Shown one piece after another: positions 10,056-22,100 of a DNA stretch of 64,000 nucleotides. The notes under the pieces were generated by a model that saw only the letters and a list, made by a program, of their open reading frames with translations, searched no databases and was not told the origin of the DNA. Source of the DNA: a virus; IMG/VR virus record IMGVR_UViG_3300045988_117477, positions 33,725 through 97,724 of that record. The stretch is one strand, 5' to 3'. The first letter of the stretch is position 1. Each line of letters opens with the position of its first letter. A program made the position numbers and the translations under genes.

Positions 10056-10148
10056 GGAGCAGACGCAGAGGATCCAGCTTATCAGAAATATGTAGATACT
10101 TACGGCTACCATTTTTCTAATGCTCTCGCTGATGAGGCGGTAAAGAAG

Positions 10149-10442
10149 ATGGTCAACGTCGATGGATCCAAGAGGATCTGGAAGCAGCCGGAAATAAAAG
10201 ATATTTTTGAAAAGTGCGGAGCGAAGAAGCCGGATAAAGCGACATGGGGCGATGTCCAATATGTCTTTGCAATGTACTATTCGGATGGTTTTCCGAAGGT
10301 CTTCAAATGTGAGAACGAGTTGGTGAAAGCTACGTTAATGTATTTGGATGATCCGGATGCTCCCGAAGGAGTAGCCTTTATAAGATGGCTTGCCGTGCAA
10401 GATTACCTCGGCGAAAAAATAAACTGGAAGGATCTGACCTGA
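10149..10442 (+). CDS. Hypothetical protein.
   Basis: 97 aa ORF in the + gene run. Confidence 0.4.
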   Translation: MVNVDGSKRIWKQPEIKDIFEKCGAKKPDKATWGDVQYVFAMYYSDGFPKVFKCENELVKATLMYLDDPDAPEGVAFIRWLAVQDYLGEKINWKDLT

Positions 10443-10600
10443 GATCCAGACCCAGGTCCTTCCGGTGGTGCGGGAGCCATAGTAAAAAATATGATTCCCG
10501 CATTCCCGTTTTTCCCGTTTGGAAAAAAAGGAATAAAAATATTATACCGGTCGGCGGGCAATAGAATACCCGTGGCCGGTTTGTTTCACATAACTTTTTT

Positions 10601-10783
10601 TTGGATATGAATATAGCATACGAATCTAAATCGAATAAAACCCCATTGTATTTAATAGGAGAGTTGATTGGCGTACCGAATACGGTTATGGACTCAGCAT
10701 TGCATGAACTGAAAGATAGAATAGACAAAGACCCTAAATATAAAGATGTTAAAAATTGGCTCGAATCTTTACCCAAGATCTGA
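10601..10783 (+). CDS. Hypothetical small protein.
   Basis: 60 aa ORF followed by the terminator hairpin at 10805-10839. Confidence 0.3.
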   Translation: MDMNIAYESKSNKTPLYLIGELIGVPNTVMDSALHELKDRIDKDPKYKDVKNWLESLPKI

Positions 10784-10804
10784 ACCTATTTTTTCAATAC
10801 CAGG

Positions 10805-10839
10805 CCCGATGCGATTTTAACGTATCGGGTTTTTATTTT
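10805..10839 (+). terminator. Rho-independent terminator (CCCGAT..ATCGGG stem plus T-run).
   Basis: 6-bp stem 10805-10810 / 10824-10829 followed by TTTTTATTTT. Confidence 0.45.
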
Positions 10840-10909
10840 AATTCATATTGTTTTATTTTAAATCTAATTAATTTATGAATGTCGTACTTTTGTTGAAAAA
10901 GTATTCTAT

Positions 10910-11137
10910 ATGGAAAATAAGGAAGATTACGTTGGTTACGAAGATCAAGAACTGTGTAACCGGTATTACAAAGAGGCTGAAGCCATGAGGCAAAATCAGG
11001 ACTGGCCTCGGCTTAGGGCTGTCCCTGCTCCGGCCAAGGGAACGCCATCGCCCGGCTGGGGTCAGCTTGGACGTGGAAATGATGTCCGTGTCAAGTATGT
11101 TAGCATCAATTCAGGATTAGGAGGGGACAGATTATGA
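10910..11137 (+). CDS. Hypothetical small protein.
   Basis: 75 aa ORF overlapping the next ORF by 4 nt (ATGA), which suggests translational coupling. Confidence 0.3.
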   Translation: MENKEDYVGYEDQELCNRYYKEAEAMRQNQDWPRLRAVPAPAKGTPSPGWGQLGRGNDVRVKYVSINSGLGGDRL

Positions 11138-11349
11138 CCGTAGAAGAATTGGCTAATAAAAGATACGGTGGCGAATTTGTTTTCATGTTTGGTCATCTTG
11201 AAGGTAGAACAAGATTCGTTTTTGAATGCTTTGATCCCAGACCTGATCACGAAGGTAAAAATACTTATATGGTTTCCTATTTTGATAAGGGACTTCGTAG
11301 AAGAGATGTGGTAGATGTGCCATGTTATATGAATGTTTTAGCAAAATAA
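11134..11349 (+). CDS. Hypothetical small protein.
   Basis: 71 aa ORF with an ATGA overlap to the upstream ORF. Confidence 0.35.
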   Translation: MTVEELANKRYGGEFVFMFGHLEGRTRFVFECFDPRPDHEGKNTYMVSYFDKGLRRRDVVDVPCYMNVLAK

Positions 11350-11369
11350 ATTAAAATATTGTAAATATC

Positions 11370-12014
11370 GTGGTTAGAATCGCATATTTAGGAACCGATG
11401 GCTGTCCTGGTCATCACGTTATTCCAATACGAGGTAAATTTACGGAAGAGGATATTAAGGTAATAGAATCTATAGATTGTGATGATTTCTATAAGGTGTT
11501 TGATGTCATGCGTTTTAAGATAGCTGAGTTTAAAGGATGGACGATATTGGGAATCCCGGCAAGCTTAGACGATCATAGACCTGGAAGCAAAACCGTTATC
11601 TTCATAGAGGGTAAAGCTAACGAAGCTGATTTTATAGAAGTCATACAAGAGTATTCTTTTCTTAAAAATAAGGTAAAGAATCTTACCGAATTGTATCATG
11701 ATGCAGAATGGTTTGCGACTGGTAAATTGAATCAAGATCCGCCTAATAAGGAACAGTTTCAATTTGCGTTAGACAAGGATGATATTATTAACATGATTAG
11801 GGGAGTCGATTTAGAACCTTATTCTGATGTGGCGAATGAAATGGAGAAAATAGGATTGGGATCATCATCTGATTCTTCATATGAGGGTCCCACATGGTCT
11901 TGGTTTGTTAACAAAGTAGATCTTTGGCAGAAGAATAATGTATGGGATGGTTTTTCTGCTGAGTTCTTATGGGATTTGTATTGTAGGATAAAGAAAGCAG
12001 GTGATTATATATAA
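11370..12014 (+). CDS. Hypothetical protein.
   Basis: 214 aa ORF. Confidence 0.4.
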   Translation: MVRIAYLGTDGCPGHHVIPIRGKFTEEDIKVIESIDCDDFYKVFDVMRFKIAEFKGWTILGIPASLDDHRPGSKTVIFIEGKANEADFIEVIQEYSFLKNKVKNLTELYHDAEWFATGKLNQDPPNKEQFQFALDKDDIINMIRGVDLEPYSDVANEMEKIGLGSSSDSSYEGPTWSWFVNKVDLWQKNNVWDGFSAEFLWDLYCRIKKAGDYI

Positions 12015-13334
12015 TTTTACACTAAAAAATAGTATATAAATAGGTATTTGTAAATATTCTATTTATATTTGCGCTATGTATTTAGTGGAACAACATATAA
12101 TTACCATTAACGATAATAGGTATAAAGATTTAGATCGAATATGTTTCTTATCCAAAAACCTGTACAATGCAGCCTTGTATATAATAAAACAGGAGTTCCT
12201 TAGTACAGGTAAATGGATAAGATCAGGAGAGCTTAACAAAAGAATGGTGACTGAAGATAACATAGATTATAGAGCAATGAGTGGATCATCTTCTCAGCAG
12301 ATTCTTATGGCTTTAGATAAGAACCTAAAATCTTATTTCTCTGCTATCAAAGCATGGAAGCGCGACAATAAGAAATTTACAGGATGCCCTAAATTTCCAA
12401 GATATAAACATAAAACAAAAGGTAGGAATGTGTTTTCCTACTCTTACGCACAGTTTAGACATAAAGGAAATTTTATCCATTTTCCTAAAAAAGAAGGACT
12501 ATCTCCTTTAAAAACAAACTGTAAAGAAGGAACTGTGAAGCAGGTAAGATTTGTTCCTAAGCCGGATTGTTATGTTATAGAGGTGGTATATGAATCAGCT
12601 TGTAAGGACCAACTCAATGATAACAACAAAGTCATGGCTATTGACTTAGGAGTTAATAATCTTGCCTCTATATCTACTAATGTGGACAATAAGTCTATTC
12701 TGATAGATGGCAGAAGGCTGAAATCCATCAATCAGTATTATAATAAGAAAAGATCGAAAATTCAACAACAACTAAAGAAGGTAAATGGGAAAGAAAATTC
12801 GAGACGGCTAATGTCTCTTACAAGAAAGAGAAACAACAAAGTGAAGGACTATCTTCACAAGGCAAGTAAAGAAATAATCAATACTTGTATAGAAAAAGAT
12901 ATAACAACATTGATAGTTGGGCATAACGATGGATGGAAACAAAAGGTTAAATTAGGGAAAAGAAATAATCAAAATTTTGTTTCAATCCCATTTGAGATGT
13001 TTATATCGATGTTAAGGTATAAATCAGAAAGACAAGGACTAAGGTTTGTTGAAGTAAACGAATCTCACACGTCAAAATGCAGTTCTTTCGATTTAGAGAA
13101 AATATGTCATCATGAAACTTATGTTGGTAAAAGGATAAGGAGAGGACTATTTAAAACAAAAGAAGGAGTTCTTATTAATGCTGATATCAATGGAAGTTAT
13201 AACATCATGAGAAAAGTAAAAGGGGATGCAATAATGCCACCCTATACAGGGTTCGGGTATAACCCGGTTAAGAAATTTATTAACTAATTGTACAGGTGTA
13301 AACTTGTATATAATTACTAGATGTAGTTAGAGTA
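12015..13334 (+). mobile_element. IS200/IS605-family tnpB-only (IS1341-like, non-autonomous) element. Boundaries are approximate.
   Basis: A TnpB gene precisely fills the gap between two intact phage ORFs. No Y1 TnpA anywhere in the window. Confidence 0.45.
12076..13287 (+). CDS. tnpB: TnpB-like RNA-guided endonuclease (OrfB_IS605 / RuvC-like).
   Basis: N-terminus NLYNAALY. RuvC-I IDLGVNNLASIS. RuvC-II VEVNESHTSKCS. RuvC-III INADINGSYNIMRK. Zn-finger region C..CHH. Confidence 0.8.
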   Translation: MYLVEQHIITINDNRYKDLDRICFLSKNLYNAALYIIKQEFLSTGKWIRSGELNKRMVTEDNIDYRAMSGSSSQQILMALDKNLKSYFSAIKAWKRDNKKFTGCPKFPRYKHKTKGRNVFSYSYAQFRHKGNFIHFPKKEGLSPLKTNCKEGTVKQVRFVPKPDCYVIEVVYESACKDQLNDNNKVMAIDLGVNNLASISTNVDNKSILIDGRRLKSINQYYNKKRSKIQQQLKKVNGKENSRRLMSLTRKRNNKVKDYLHKASKEIINTCIEKDITTLIVGHNDGWKQKVKLGKRNNQNFVSIPFEMFISMLRYKSERQGLRFVEVNESHTSKCSSFDLEKICHHETYVGKRIRRGLFKTKEGVLINADINGSYNIMRKVKGDAIMPPYTGFGYNPVKKFIN

Positions 13335-14195
13335 ATGACAAAAGAAGAGTTCGAATCAGCAATCAACGAAGATATTAAATTCGTTGAAAGATTAAAGTAT
13401 TTTTTTAAACATGATGATGCTACGAGGGTAGTGGAACACGTAAAGTCGGTGTTAGAAGCATCAGTAGATTACTACTATCCTAATCATCCTGAAGTAGAAT
13501 TTGAAAAAGATTTTAATATACAATACGATGTCAATAATATCTTGAACAAATACGGCCACACCGAAATGGGTATGTATAAAATACAGCTCTATATAGAGAA
13601 TATTTTGGGTAGTATTCAAAACAAGAAGCCTGTAGACATGGGAGAAGTTTCTGACGGATACCATACTTTCAATGAATTGTATCGGTACCGTATGTTGTAC
13701 AACGCCGCCTTCTTTAATCTATTAGCCAGAAACGGACAGGTTGAAGTTTGCAAATCAAGAAGGCACAGCGACGGAGAAAAATGCTTCGGTTCTGATGACT
13801 GGTTTATTGTGATGGCAATGTTACCCACTGGTCAGGTGTCTAATCACTATGAAAGCAAGTACTGGGATTTGTTTGATGTTCCTGAAAGAGAAACCGCTTT
13901 CGAATACGATGGCCATACACCAAATGAAGCCGCAGACAGACTTGAACAGTATCTTAATCAAAAGAAGTCAGGTTTAACATTTGAAGAAGCTTTTAAATTC
14001 CTGAAAGATGGTAATATGATCAAAAGACGTGGATGGAAAAATGAACATCTTGATGCTTTTAGAAGAAGTGGTGTTAGCTCAATTCATATGGAAAAGTCAT
14101 TGATCATAATTATAAATGAAGAAACACGGAGGCTGACATCGTGGAACCCAAGTATAGAAGATATATCGTCGAATGATTGGGAGATTACGAAATGA
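13335..14195 (+). CDS. Hypothetical protein with a C-terminal DUF2829 / Tad2-like motif (LTFEEAFKFLKDGNMIKRRGWKN).
   Basis: The motif resembles the DUF2829 signature of anti-Thoeris Tad2 sponges. Recalled from memory, not searched. Confidence 0.35.
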   Translation: MTKEEFESAINEDIKFVERLKYFFKHDDATRVVEHVKSVLEASVDYYYPNHPEVEFEKDFNIQYDVNNILNKYGHTEMGMYKIQLYIENILGSIQNKKPVDMGEVSDGYHTFNELYRYRMLYNAAFFNLLARNGQVEVCKSRRHSDGEKCFGSDDWFIVMAMLPTGQVSNHYESKYWDLFDVPERETAFEYDGHTPNEAADRLEQYLNQKKSGLTFEEAFKFLKDGNMIKRRGWKNEHLDAFRRSGVSSIHMEKSLIIIINEETRRLTSWNPSIEDISSNDWEITK

Positions 14196-14467
14196 GTTTG
14201 TTTGTGTGTTCAAAATGTGGCTGTATAGATAATACAGCCACATCATATTACTGGGCTCTTATAAGACCTTGTAAGAATCGTATTTACGATAAGTCGCTAA
14301 AGGGATATGAAGGCAAGCCTCTTTGTTCTGAATGTGCCGCTATTGAATATAGTAAGGGAGGCGAAGTGGTGGTAGTTCCTGGAACGTGGCACGGTAAGTT
14401 CAAGAAAGAATGGCCTACTGAAGAAGAAAAGAAACATATTGGTAAAAACGGAATATTAAATTTATAG
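14192..14467 (+). CDS. Small CxxC...CxxC zinc-ribbon protein.
   Basis: CSKCGC ... CSECAA. The track start at 14177 overlaps the upstream stop, so Met 14192 is preferred. Confidence 0.35.
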   Translation: MSLFVCSKCGCIDNTATSYYWALIRPCKNRIYDKSLKGYEGKPLCSECAAIEYSKGGEVVVVPGTWHGKFKKEWPTEEEKKHIGKNGILNL

Positions 14468-14469
14468 TC

Positions 14470-14775
14470 ATGTGTAATAAAGAAATCGTGATATGCGCGG
14501 CCATCTGGGTACAGGACGACAAGAAACGTCCCTATCAGCCCACCAATATACCATCCGGCACCGTGTTCTGTGGATTGAGACACCCCTCTATACTATCTCA
14601 ACTTGCGGCATACGGTATAGCCCATAAAAACCGCAGTGTTCAAGGATTTTTGACAAGCAAGAACCGGTTTTTAACAAGAGAGGAGGCGTCTGAACTTGTT
14701 AGGAACAATAATCAGGAAATGGTAGTAGATAGGAGTGCCATTAGGGAACAATTGTATTCAGAAGATTTATATTAA
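14470..14775 (+). CDS. Hypothetical protein.
   Basis: 101 aa ORF. Confidence 0.35.
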   Translation: MCNKEIVICAAIWVQDDKKRPYQPTNIPSGTVFCGLRHPSILSQLAAYGIAHKNRSVQGFLTSKNRFLTREEASELVRNNNQEMVVDRSAIREQLYSEDLY

Positions 14776-14795
14776 CAACTAAAAAACAGAATAAT

Positions 14796-15146
14796 ATGGG
14801 ATTTATAATCAAAAAGTCAATCACTTATAATATGATGGACGGCAATCAGTTAGAGTATGTATTTGACAACATTAATTTAGATCATATCACATTTGAAGGT
14901 AATGGTAAAGAACCTTTTTCATTTAACAGAGCCCTTGTTGAAAATTTAATTGAGACATTTGAAACTATGCATGATATATATTCCGATAATTGCAAGCTTA
15001 AGGTTTATACTGGTAATTGCATAATTCAATTGAGCGCAGATTCAAAGGACTTAAGTGAATCCTTTTTTGACGTATATGATAGAGATGAGATGAAAATGAT
15101 ATATAGTATACACAATAGTATCTTGAAAGAAATGCTTATCATATGA
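14796..15146 (+). CDS. Hypothetical protein.
   Basis: 116 aa ORF. Confidence 0.35.
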   Translation: MGFIIKKSITYNMMDGNQLEYVFDNINLDHITFEGNGKEPFSFNRALVENLIETFETMHDIYSDNCKLKVYTGNCIIQLSADSKDLSESFFDVYDRDEMKMIYSIHNSILKEMLII

Positions 15147-15460
15147 TTACCAAGCAGGACATACAAGCAGCAACATCGTATATTTTTCAAAGTAGTTTTG
15201 TCTCGGAGGACCAGGCAAGGAAAGCGATGGTAAGAGCCGGCAATAACGCTACCAAGATCCTCATCAAGACCTTCAGGGGTAAGTTGTTCAAGAAAGCTTT
15301 TGAAAGAGCCCGTAGAGGAAAGGATATCAGTTCTTTTGAAAGACAGGAAAAAGAAAGTGGTTTCAATTTTCTTTACAATCCTAATAATGGTAGTATGCAA
15401 AGCGGTCATATTATAATAGATGGAATTGGTCTGTTTAAACAAATAATTCATGAAAGGTAA
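15143..15460 (+). CDS. Hypothetical protein.
   Basis: 105 aa ORF with an ATGA overlap to the upstream ORF. Confidence 0.35.
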   Translation: MITKQDIQAATSYIFQSSFVSEDQARKAMVRAGNNATKILIKTFRGKLFKKAFERARRGKDISSFERQEKESGFNFLYNPNNGSMQSGHIIIDGIGLFKQIIHER

Positions 15461-15600
15461 AAAAGTTGATATTCGTTTAGGTAGAGGTCTGGCGAATCAG
15501 ATTAAGATAAACAAAACCATTCCAGTGTCTCATAAACCAAAAGAAGAACGTCGAATGATGTTTATTTGTGGTGATGATATTGCTTCTATTATAAAGCGGT

Positions 15601-15993
15601 TTGAAAACGAATCAAAGTAATATAAAGTCGGACATATATCTTGTCCGATTTTTTTTATATATTTGTGGCATGGCAAGAGGTTATTATTGGATACCACAAA
15701 CAGATGAAACGTTAAATGGCAGAAGCTATTACGTGGCTAAGATAGTAGGAGATATCACGTTTGATACTAAACGAAAAAGAATCGTATTTCAAGCTGATAG
15801 GTATTTCCCTGTAGGATCTGTTTTCCATTTTACGCACAATTGCTTCAATTATATCATAACTTGCCTAATTCGTAAGCCGGGGCTTTGGTTTGAAGCCAGG
15901 AGAGAGGATTCGGGCTCTATTTGCCCTGAAGATATTGAGCGCTTTGAATCGGGAAGGTTTATACACCGAGATGGGTACATGCATTACATATAA
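15601..15993 (+). CDS. Hypothetical protein.
   Basis: 130 aa ORF. Confidence 0.3.
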   Translation: MKTNQSNIKSDIYLVRFFLYICGMARGYYWIPQTDETLNGRSYYVAKIVGDITFDTKRKRIVFQADRYFPVGSVFHFTHNCFNYIITCLIRKPGLWFEARREDSGSICPEDIERFESGRFIHRDGYMHYI

Positions 15994-16102
15994 GCTGAAC
16001 TTGACGATTTTTCGTCAGATTATAATTTTTTTTCATATTATTTTTAAGCCATCAGACTGAGAAGTTAGATGGCTTTGTTTTATCATATGCTTGATTTTTA
16101 AC

Positions 16103-16110
16103 TACCTTTG
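16103..16110 (+). promoter_or_regulatory. TACCTTTG -7 promoter-like motif (TAnnTTTG) 23 nt upstream of the giant ORF.
   Basis: Exact match to the Bacteroidota sigma-A -7 consensus. Confidence 0.35.
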
Positions 16111-16133
16111 TCTCATAACAAAAATGTTTTATC

Positions 16134-19100
16134 ATGGTATCAACGTGTATTATTAAAAGAGATAATAAAAAGAAAGTTGTTTCTGTCTCTACCAGATCAG
16201 GGGACAGGTCTATGTTATTTGATAAAATAGCATCTATTCCTCTTATGGAGAACAGGGAACGGGCTACTACTGTTTTTAAAACCGTATTTTCTAATAAGTT
16301 CTTAAAGGCTTTTGGCGACTGGAGAAAGAAAGTACCTGTTAATAAACAGGCCTACAATAAGGTGAAATCCAACATCGATCTTATTCCGGAAGCTTATAGA
16401 GAAAGGGTGCTGGATAAGGCTTCTAAGATGAGTAATCCTGTTCTTGTATCAAAATCAGATGCACCTTATGAAATCCGAGAATCGGGCTTTGGATTTTACA
16501 GCCAAGATCTGGGTGATAATATTATGTTGGTAGATGCTATGGTCCCGTCAAGTATTTCCGTACCGGAAGGACCGGGAATAGACGCCGGGCAGTATTTACA
16601 AGATGCTATATCTTCGGACTTCACTCCCGTATCTATGGTACAGGATAAGGGTGTTAATTATATGGTTATAAAAGACGGTCTTAAGATATTTAGCCCAGAA
16701 GAGTTACCACAGACAGATTCTAATCCTGTGGGTGTAACGTATCAGACCGGAGAGCCTCGTTTGTTTTTCATAAACGATCGTAATCAATTATTTGAAGATT
16801 ACGGAGAAGCTCTTCGCTCTGGCGGAAATGATATTAGAATAGGATTCTTATCAGGCACCGTTCAAGAATCTACCGTGGATGGCGTGGCAGACATTACTTA
16901 CAAGGCTGGAAAGTATGTTCTTAATAATCCCAAATCTTTTATACCGGTCATGACCGCTTCTGCTTCTACTTCTTTATCAACAAAAGGTGGTATAATTAAC
17001 TACCTTATAAAGAAAGGTCTTTTGTCCGGATCTAAGATATTCGATCCTGAAACAAGAAGCTATTATCTTACAGGAGAAGGTCATACAGGACAAATTAGAC
17101 TTTTCAATTCAGCCTTATCCTACACCGAGCTCCGTAATCATTTTGGTTCAGATGTTTCCATGAACGACCAAGGTATGATAACCATAAGCTCGTTGGATAA
17201 TAGTAAGGTAACTATGAGGCTCGCCACCGGAGGAACGGAAAGGGTTAGCAAAGAGCAGATAAAGAACGATCTTAAGTCAGGAAGATACAATGAATTGGAC
17301 GCCAAGTACGATCATTTTGATGCGCTTGTAGTTTCATTCATATTAGAAGACAACGATCTTTATGCTGATACTAAAGCTAAGATCGTATCAGATTATAGCA
17401 GGCAGGAACGTGATCAACGAAATTCTATTGTCGAGATACTGAAAACGTTGGGCGTTAGTGTCATAGGTATGACCGATTATATAGAGAAGTATCAAACCAA
17501 ATACGGGCACGAACCTTCTGCTAAGGCATTGGCGGATATTGCCAATAACGTAATAGCAGTTGGTGAAGATGCTACTTTATCTGATTTAGTAGAAGAAACA
17601 GCCCACTTCCTTGTAGAGGCATACAGAGATCAGAATGCTGTTGAGGCTGTTCTGCAAGATGTAGAAGGCACAGAAGAGTGGAACCAGTATGCAGGTCAGT
17701 ATTATAATACATACGGTAAAGTATATGAAGGAGCCGAGCTTGATAATGCTGTTAGGAGGGAAATTCTTGGAAAGATCCTCGCCAGGGAGATGCAGACCGG
17801 CACAGCACAGGCGCCGGTAGAGCCCACCTCCTTCCTGGGGCGCGTCCGGCAGCTTCTCTCTGGAATCGTAAGCTGGCTTAAATCAGCTTTATCAACCCAA
17901 AGACAAGATTTGAATAACGTTATTAAAAACATTCGTGATCTTGCCATTACTGACATAGATAAAGGATTTGACACTTCTCTGTTAAAGGATAATGACTTTA
18001 CATTATACTCCCTTTCTTCTATGAACAAGAACAAGTTTCTTGAGTCTAAGATCAGATCACTAAGAAAAACATTAAGAGACTTACGTCAGATAAGCTCTGA
18101 TAGGGCTGTAACTACGTCTATGACCCTTGCTCAGCTTAAGACCATAGAAGATAAGATAAATAAGGTAGAGACCGAAATAGACAAGAATGAGATGGCGGCT
18201 GCCATGAACAGCATGATCTCCACAGCCGAAGCTCAGGTTAGATACTTAAGTAATGTGGTGAACACCATCCTTCATGGTGATACCAAAGACGGTAAGCTTC
18301 ACTTCAATACCAATGATCGAAAGAACGTAGATATTATCAACAATCAGGTTCTTCCGATCATGAACGATCTTCGAGGATATATCCGTAACAGAAGTACCGA
18401 ATTTGATGAACGTGAAAAGCAGGATTATACAAATAGGATCAATACCGTCATTGCCGACATCAATGGTATTCAGTCTGATATTAAATCAGTACAAGACCTT
18501 GATGAAAGTACGTTGCTTGATAAGTTAATGAACGAACTTCATGTGCCGGCAGATAAGGTAAAGAGAGTAAAAGAATTTTTCGACAAGGTTCAACACGATG
18601 TTTCTTGGATAAGTAGGTGGTTTGGTATATTAGAGCATTCTTCCAGCCCGTTCAATAACGCTCTTGGAGCTATGATTGCCAAAGACAATTACAATGCGAT
18701 GGTGAATGCCCAGCCCGCCATATCCGACTTCCTGGCATATGCTAAAAAGCATGGTTTTAACAAATCTGAATTTGAAAAACTGCTTCAGAAAGTAGACGGC
18801 AAAACTTCCAATTACCTTCGTAGTGCTCTTGATATGGCTAAATACGATCGTAATAAGAAGCTGGCGCAGATGCGAGCGTTTGCGACTGCCATGAACATAG
18901 AGATATCAGAAGAAGAAATTGGTGATGTGGTTGACAATAACCGTAATTACGTATTTAAAAGAGAAGTAGTTGACAAGGACGGAAATACGGTTACTGAAAA
19001 CGCTAAATTTAAACCATCGTCCGATAGGGTTAATACCGATATTTTTACCATCGAGCAGGAAAAGATCTATACGGAGCAGATGGAAAAGTGGGATGCTGAA

Positions 19101-22100
19101 AATTCAGAATTGGAATTTAGTGAAAGTTATGCCACAAGAATGGAATCCATATACAAAAAGGCTGAAGAAGAATTAGGACATCCGGTTTCTCAAACAACCA
19201 AAGAATACCTTAATGCCTTATCCCGGCAAAAACGGATATTGAGGCAGCCTTTTATTGATAGCGGTGGTAATTTTGATGAGGTTGCCTACTATAAGAGTAG
19301 TAACTACGAAGAAGAAGGACTGCTTCGTAAACAACGTAAGGAGGCAGCTTCGGAATACATATATGTAGGAACCAGGAGAGTGGAAAAAACCGGCGACCAA
19401 CTTAAGATGGCCAAAGAAATACAAGCCATAAATGAAGTTTGGAGAAAAGAATCAAATAATGCCACTAATGCCGTATCAGAATCGTTTTTGCAAAAATTAA
19501 GAACGATTCAGAGCGAGTCTGGAGGAGAAGCTGCGCTGAAGACGCTTATGTTGGGGGGTCACCTGTCATTCAACGATCGGTTTTGGAATGACGTAGAATC
19601 GGAACAGTCGGCGCGTACCGAATCAAATAACAAGGCTTCGTATCTTAAAATGGCGCATGATATCATTAGTTCTACGACAAGTGATAGAGATGCGACTGAC
19701 GTGGATTCTATTGTAAAAGATATAGAAAAAAATAAGGCCATTATCAAGGAAATAATCGGAAACAACCGAGATGTGGCTGATATCGGAGAGATTAACGAAG
19801 CGACATTTACCTCATCTGAAAGAGATGCTTTTAGGGCTGCATCTGAAGCTATTGAAGCCGATTACGCTATCTTAATAGATTATGCTAAGATGGTGGGTCT
19901 TGAAGATATTGATAAGTACCTTACTAAAAGCAGTAAGGCCGAAAACGAAGTAAATCAGTCTTATTTAAATGCTCTTGCTGACTCTAAGGAAATTGAATGG
20001 CAGTTTGCACAGCGTCATACTACTGCCAAAAAAGCCAAAAGGATTCAGGCTCTTAGAGATAAGTTATTCATGGCTCAAGATAACAGGTATATGTTTACCG
20101 TCTCTGAAACCAACTACTTGTCAGAAAAATTGGGAATAGATAAAAAGCTAGATCGTAGAGATTTTAGGAATGCGGTTAGAGCTAAGATGTCTGACATATT
20201 TGGACACGATAACGGAGTAGCTGAAGTGAACGATATCGTTAATGAATTTGCCAGGAGCCAAGTCTTTTCGTACTATAAACGCATGGCGCCTACCGGATAT
20301 GCGGCTATGATCGACAAAATAGGTCGAGGTGAGATAGATGTGGCGCAGATGGTTAAGGACGTACAGAATGGGACTTCCACACAAGATTATGGTATGGATA
20401 TATCATACCTGTCTTTCGACCCTGCAAGAGCGTGGGTGGCTGAATCTGAGGCCGAAAATAGCGGTCGTAACCCTGATTATGTAAAAGATCATGGGTATGG
20501 TCATCGTATGCCCAAGAAGAGCCTGTATCGTGATGAATCGTATTTCAACGACTTCGGCATTAAGTATGATGCTGATGGTAATGAGGTCGCTACTAAAAAC
20601 GTAGAGCAATGGAATATGATTCAAAAACTCAAGGAAATAAAAAGACAATCCCTTGATCTATATAAAGAGCAGAGCCCTAATCTGTATGCTATTCCACAGA
20701 TATCCAAACAAGATATAGAACGTATAGAAGGGTTAGGTATCAGCCTTAAAAGTACGGTCAGGAACTTCGTATCCGACTTATGTCTTGACCGCGTAGATGA
20801 CTCCCTGTATGGTAAAACACGCCAGGGTGAGGTATATGATCCGGAAGATAGGGTTCGGTCCATACCTAAATACTACATATATGAATTAGAGAACCAAGAT
20901 GACGTATCTCACGATTTTGGCTACTCTTATTCGATGCTTATGATGCAGTCATCGTTATACAACGAAAAGCAGAAGTCTATAGAGCTCGCTCAGGGACTGG
21001 AGCAGATGTTACTGAATAAGCAATTTGAAGGCGGGAAGAAAGCTGAAGCGACTCAAGCATATCAGATGTTTAGAGACTTCTTCAACGATCATTATTATGG
21101 CATTAGGATGAACACCAAAAAACTTACGGTGAACATCGGAGGATATACGGTAGACCTTACAAGAATTATGATGGCTGTTGAAAGATTTATGTCGGTCATG
21201 AACTTGGCACTGTCTCCGTTTGTGGCAGCTACCGGCGCCTTAACAGGTCATATCAACCTCATCATGGAATCTGCCGTAGGACAGTATATAAGCAAAGATT
21301 CCCTTAAATACGCATCGGCTGAGTTTTCACGCCTTGCTCCATCTTGTATAGCAGAAACCGGAGACATAGATAGGAAAAGCAAATTATATGTCATAGGTGA
21401 GAGAATGGGGATATTCAATATCCGAAATCGTATGTATGGTGCCGGATACAATAGAGTGGCCAGGACCTTAATGCGTTCACCTATGTATGCTTTTATGGAA
21501 ATCCTGAACTACCCTCTTGATCCGCAGGTCATGATTGCTACTATGGACAATGTTCGTTATTACAAAGGTCGGTTCTACACGTTCCAGGATTTCAAGATGG
21601 AAAAAGAACGCAATAAAGAACAGAGTACTATAAAAAGAGAATGGAATGCATTAAAAGATCGTACTTTATGGAGTATGGTAGACGTCGTGGATGGAAAGGT
21701 GGTCGTAAAACCTGGATCGGGTGTTACTGCCGAGGAAGTTGAAACCCAAATGGCTATAACCCGTAATCAAGTTCGTAGCTTGTCTCAGATATGTAACGGA
21801 TCTTTGAATGAAGAAAACCGGACTGCCGCATCACGCAACTGGATAGCGAGGTTCATGACCGCCCACCGAGGATGGTTGGTGCTGGCGGCTCAACGTCTGT
21901 GGAAAAGGCGTGGCTTCAATTTCCAAACAATGCAAGAAGAGGAGGGACTGTCAATTACGTTAAAGAATATGATAGCCAAAACATTTAGCTTAGCTTCCGA
22001 GTCTGGTATGAAAAACATCATAGATGCCTGGAACGAAAATAAAGACAATATGAATGAGGTAGAGAAAACCAATCTAAAACGTCTCAGTGTCTATGCCGGC

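Noticed and set aside
12064-12071. TATATTTG as the promoter of the 12076 tnpB gene.
   Set aside because: It lies only 4 nt upstream of the ATG, so it cannot drive a transcript that contains the start codon. It is more likely a coincidental match or part of the element's left end.
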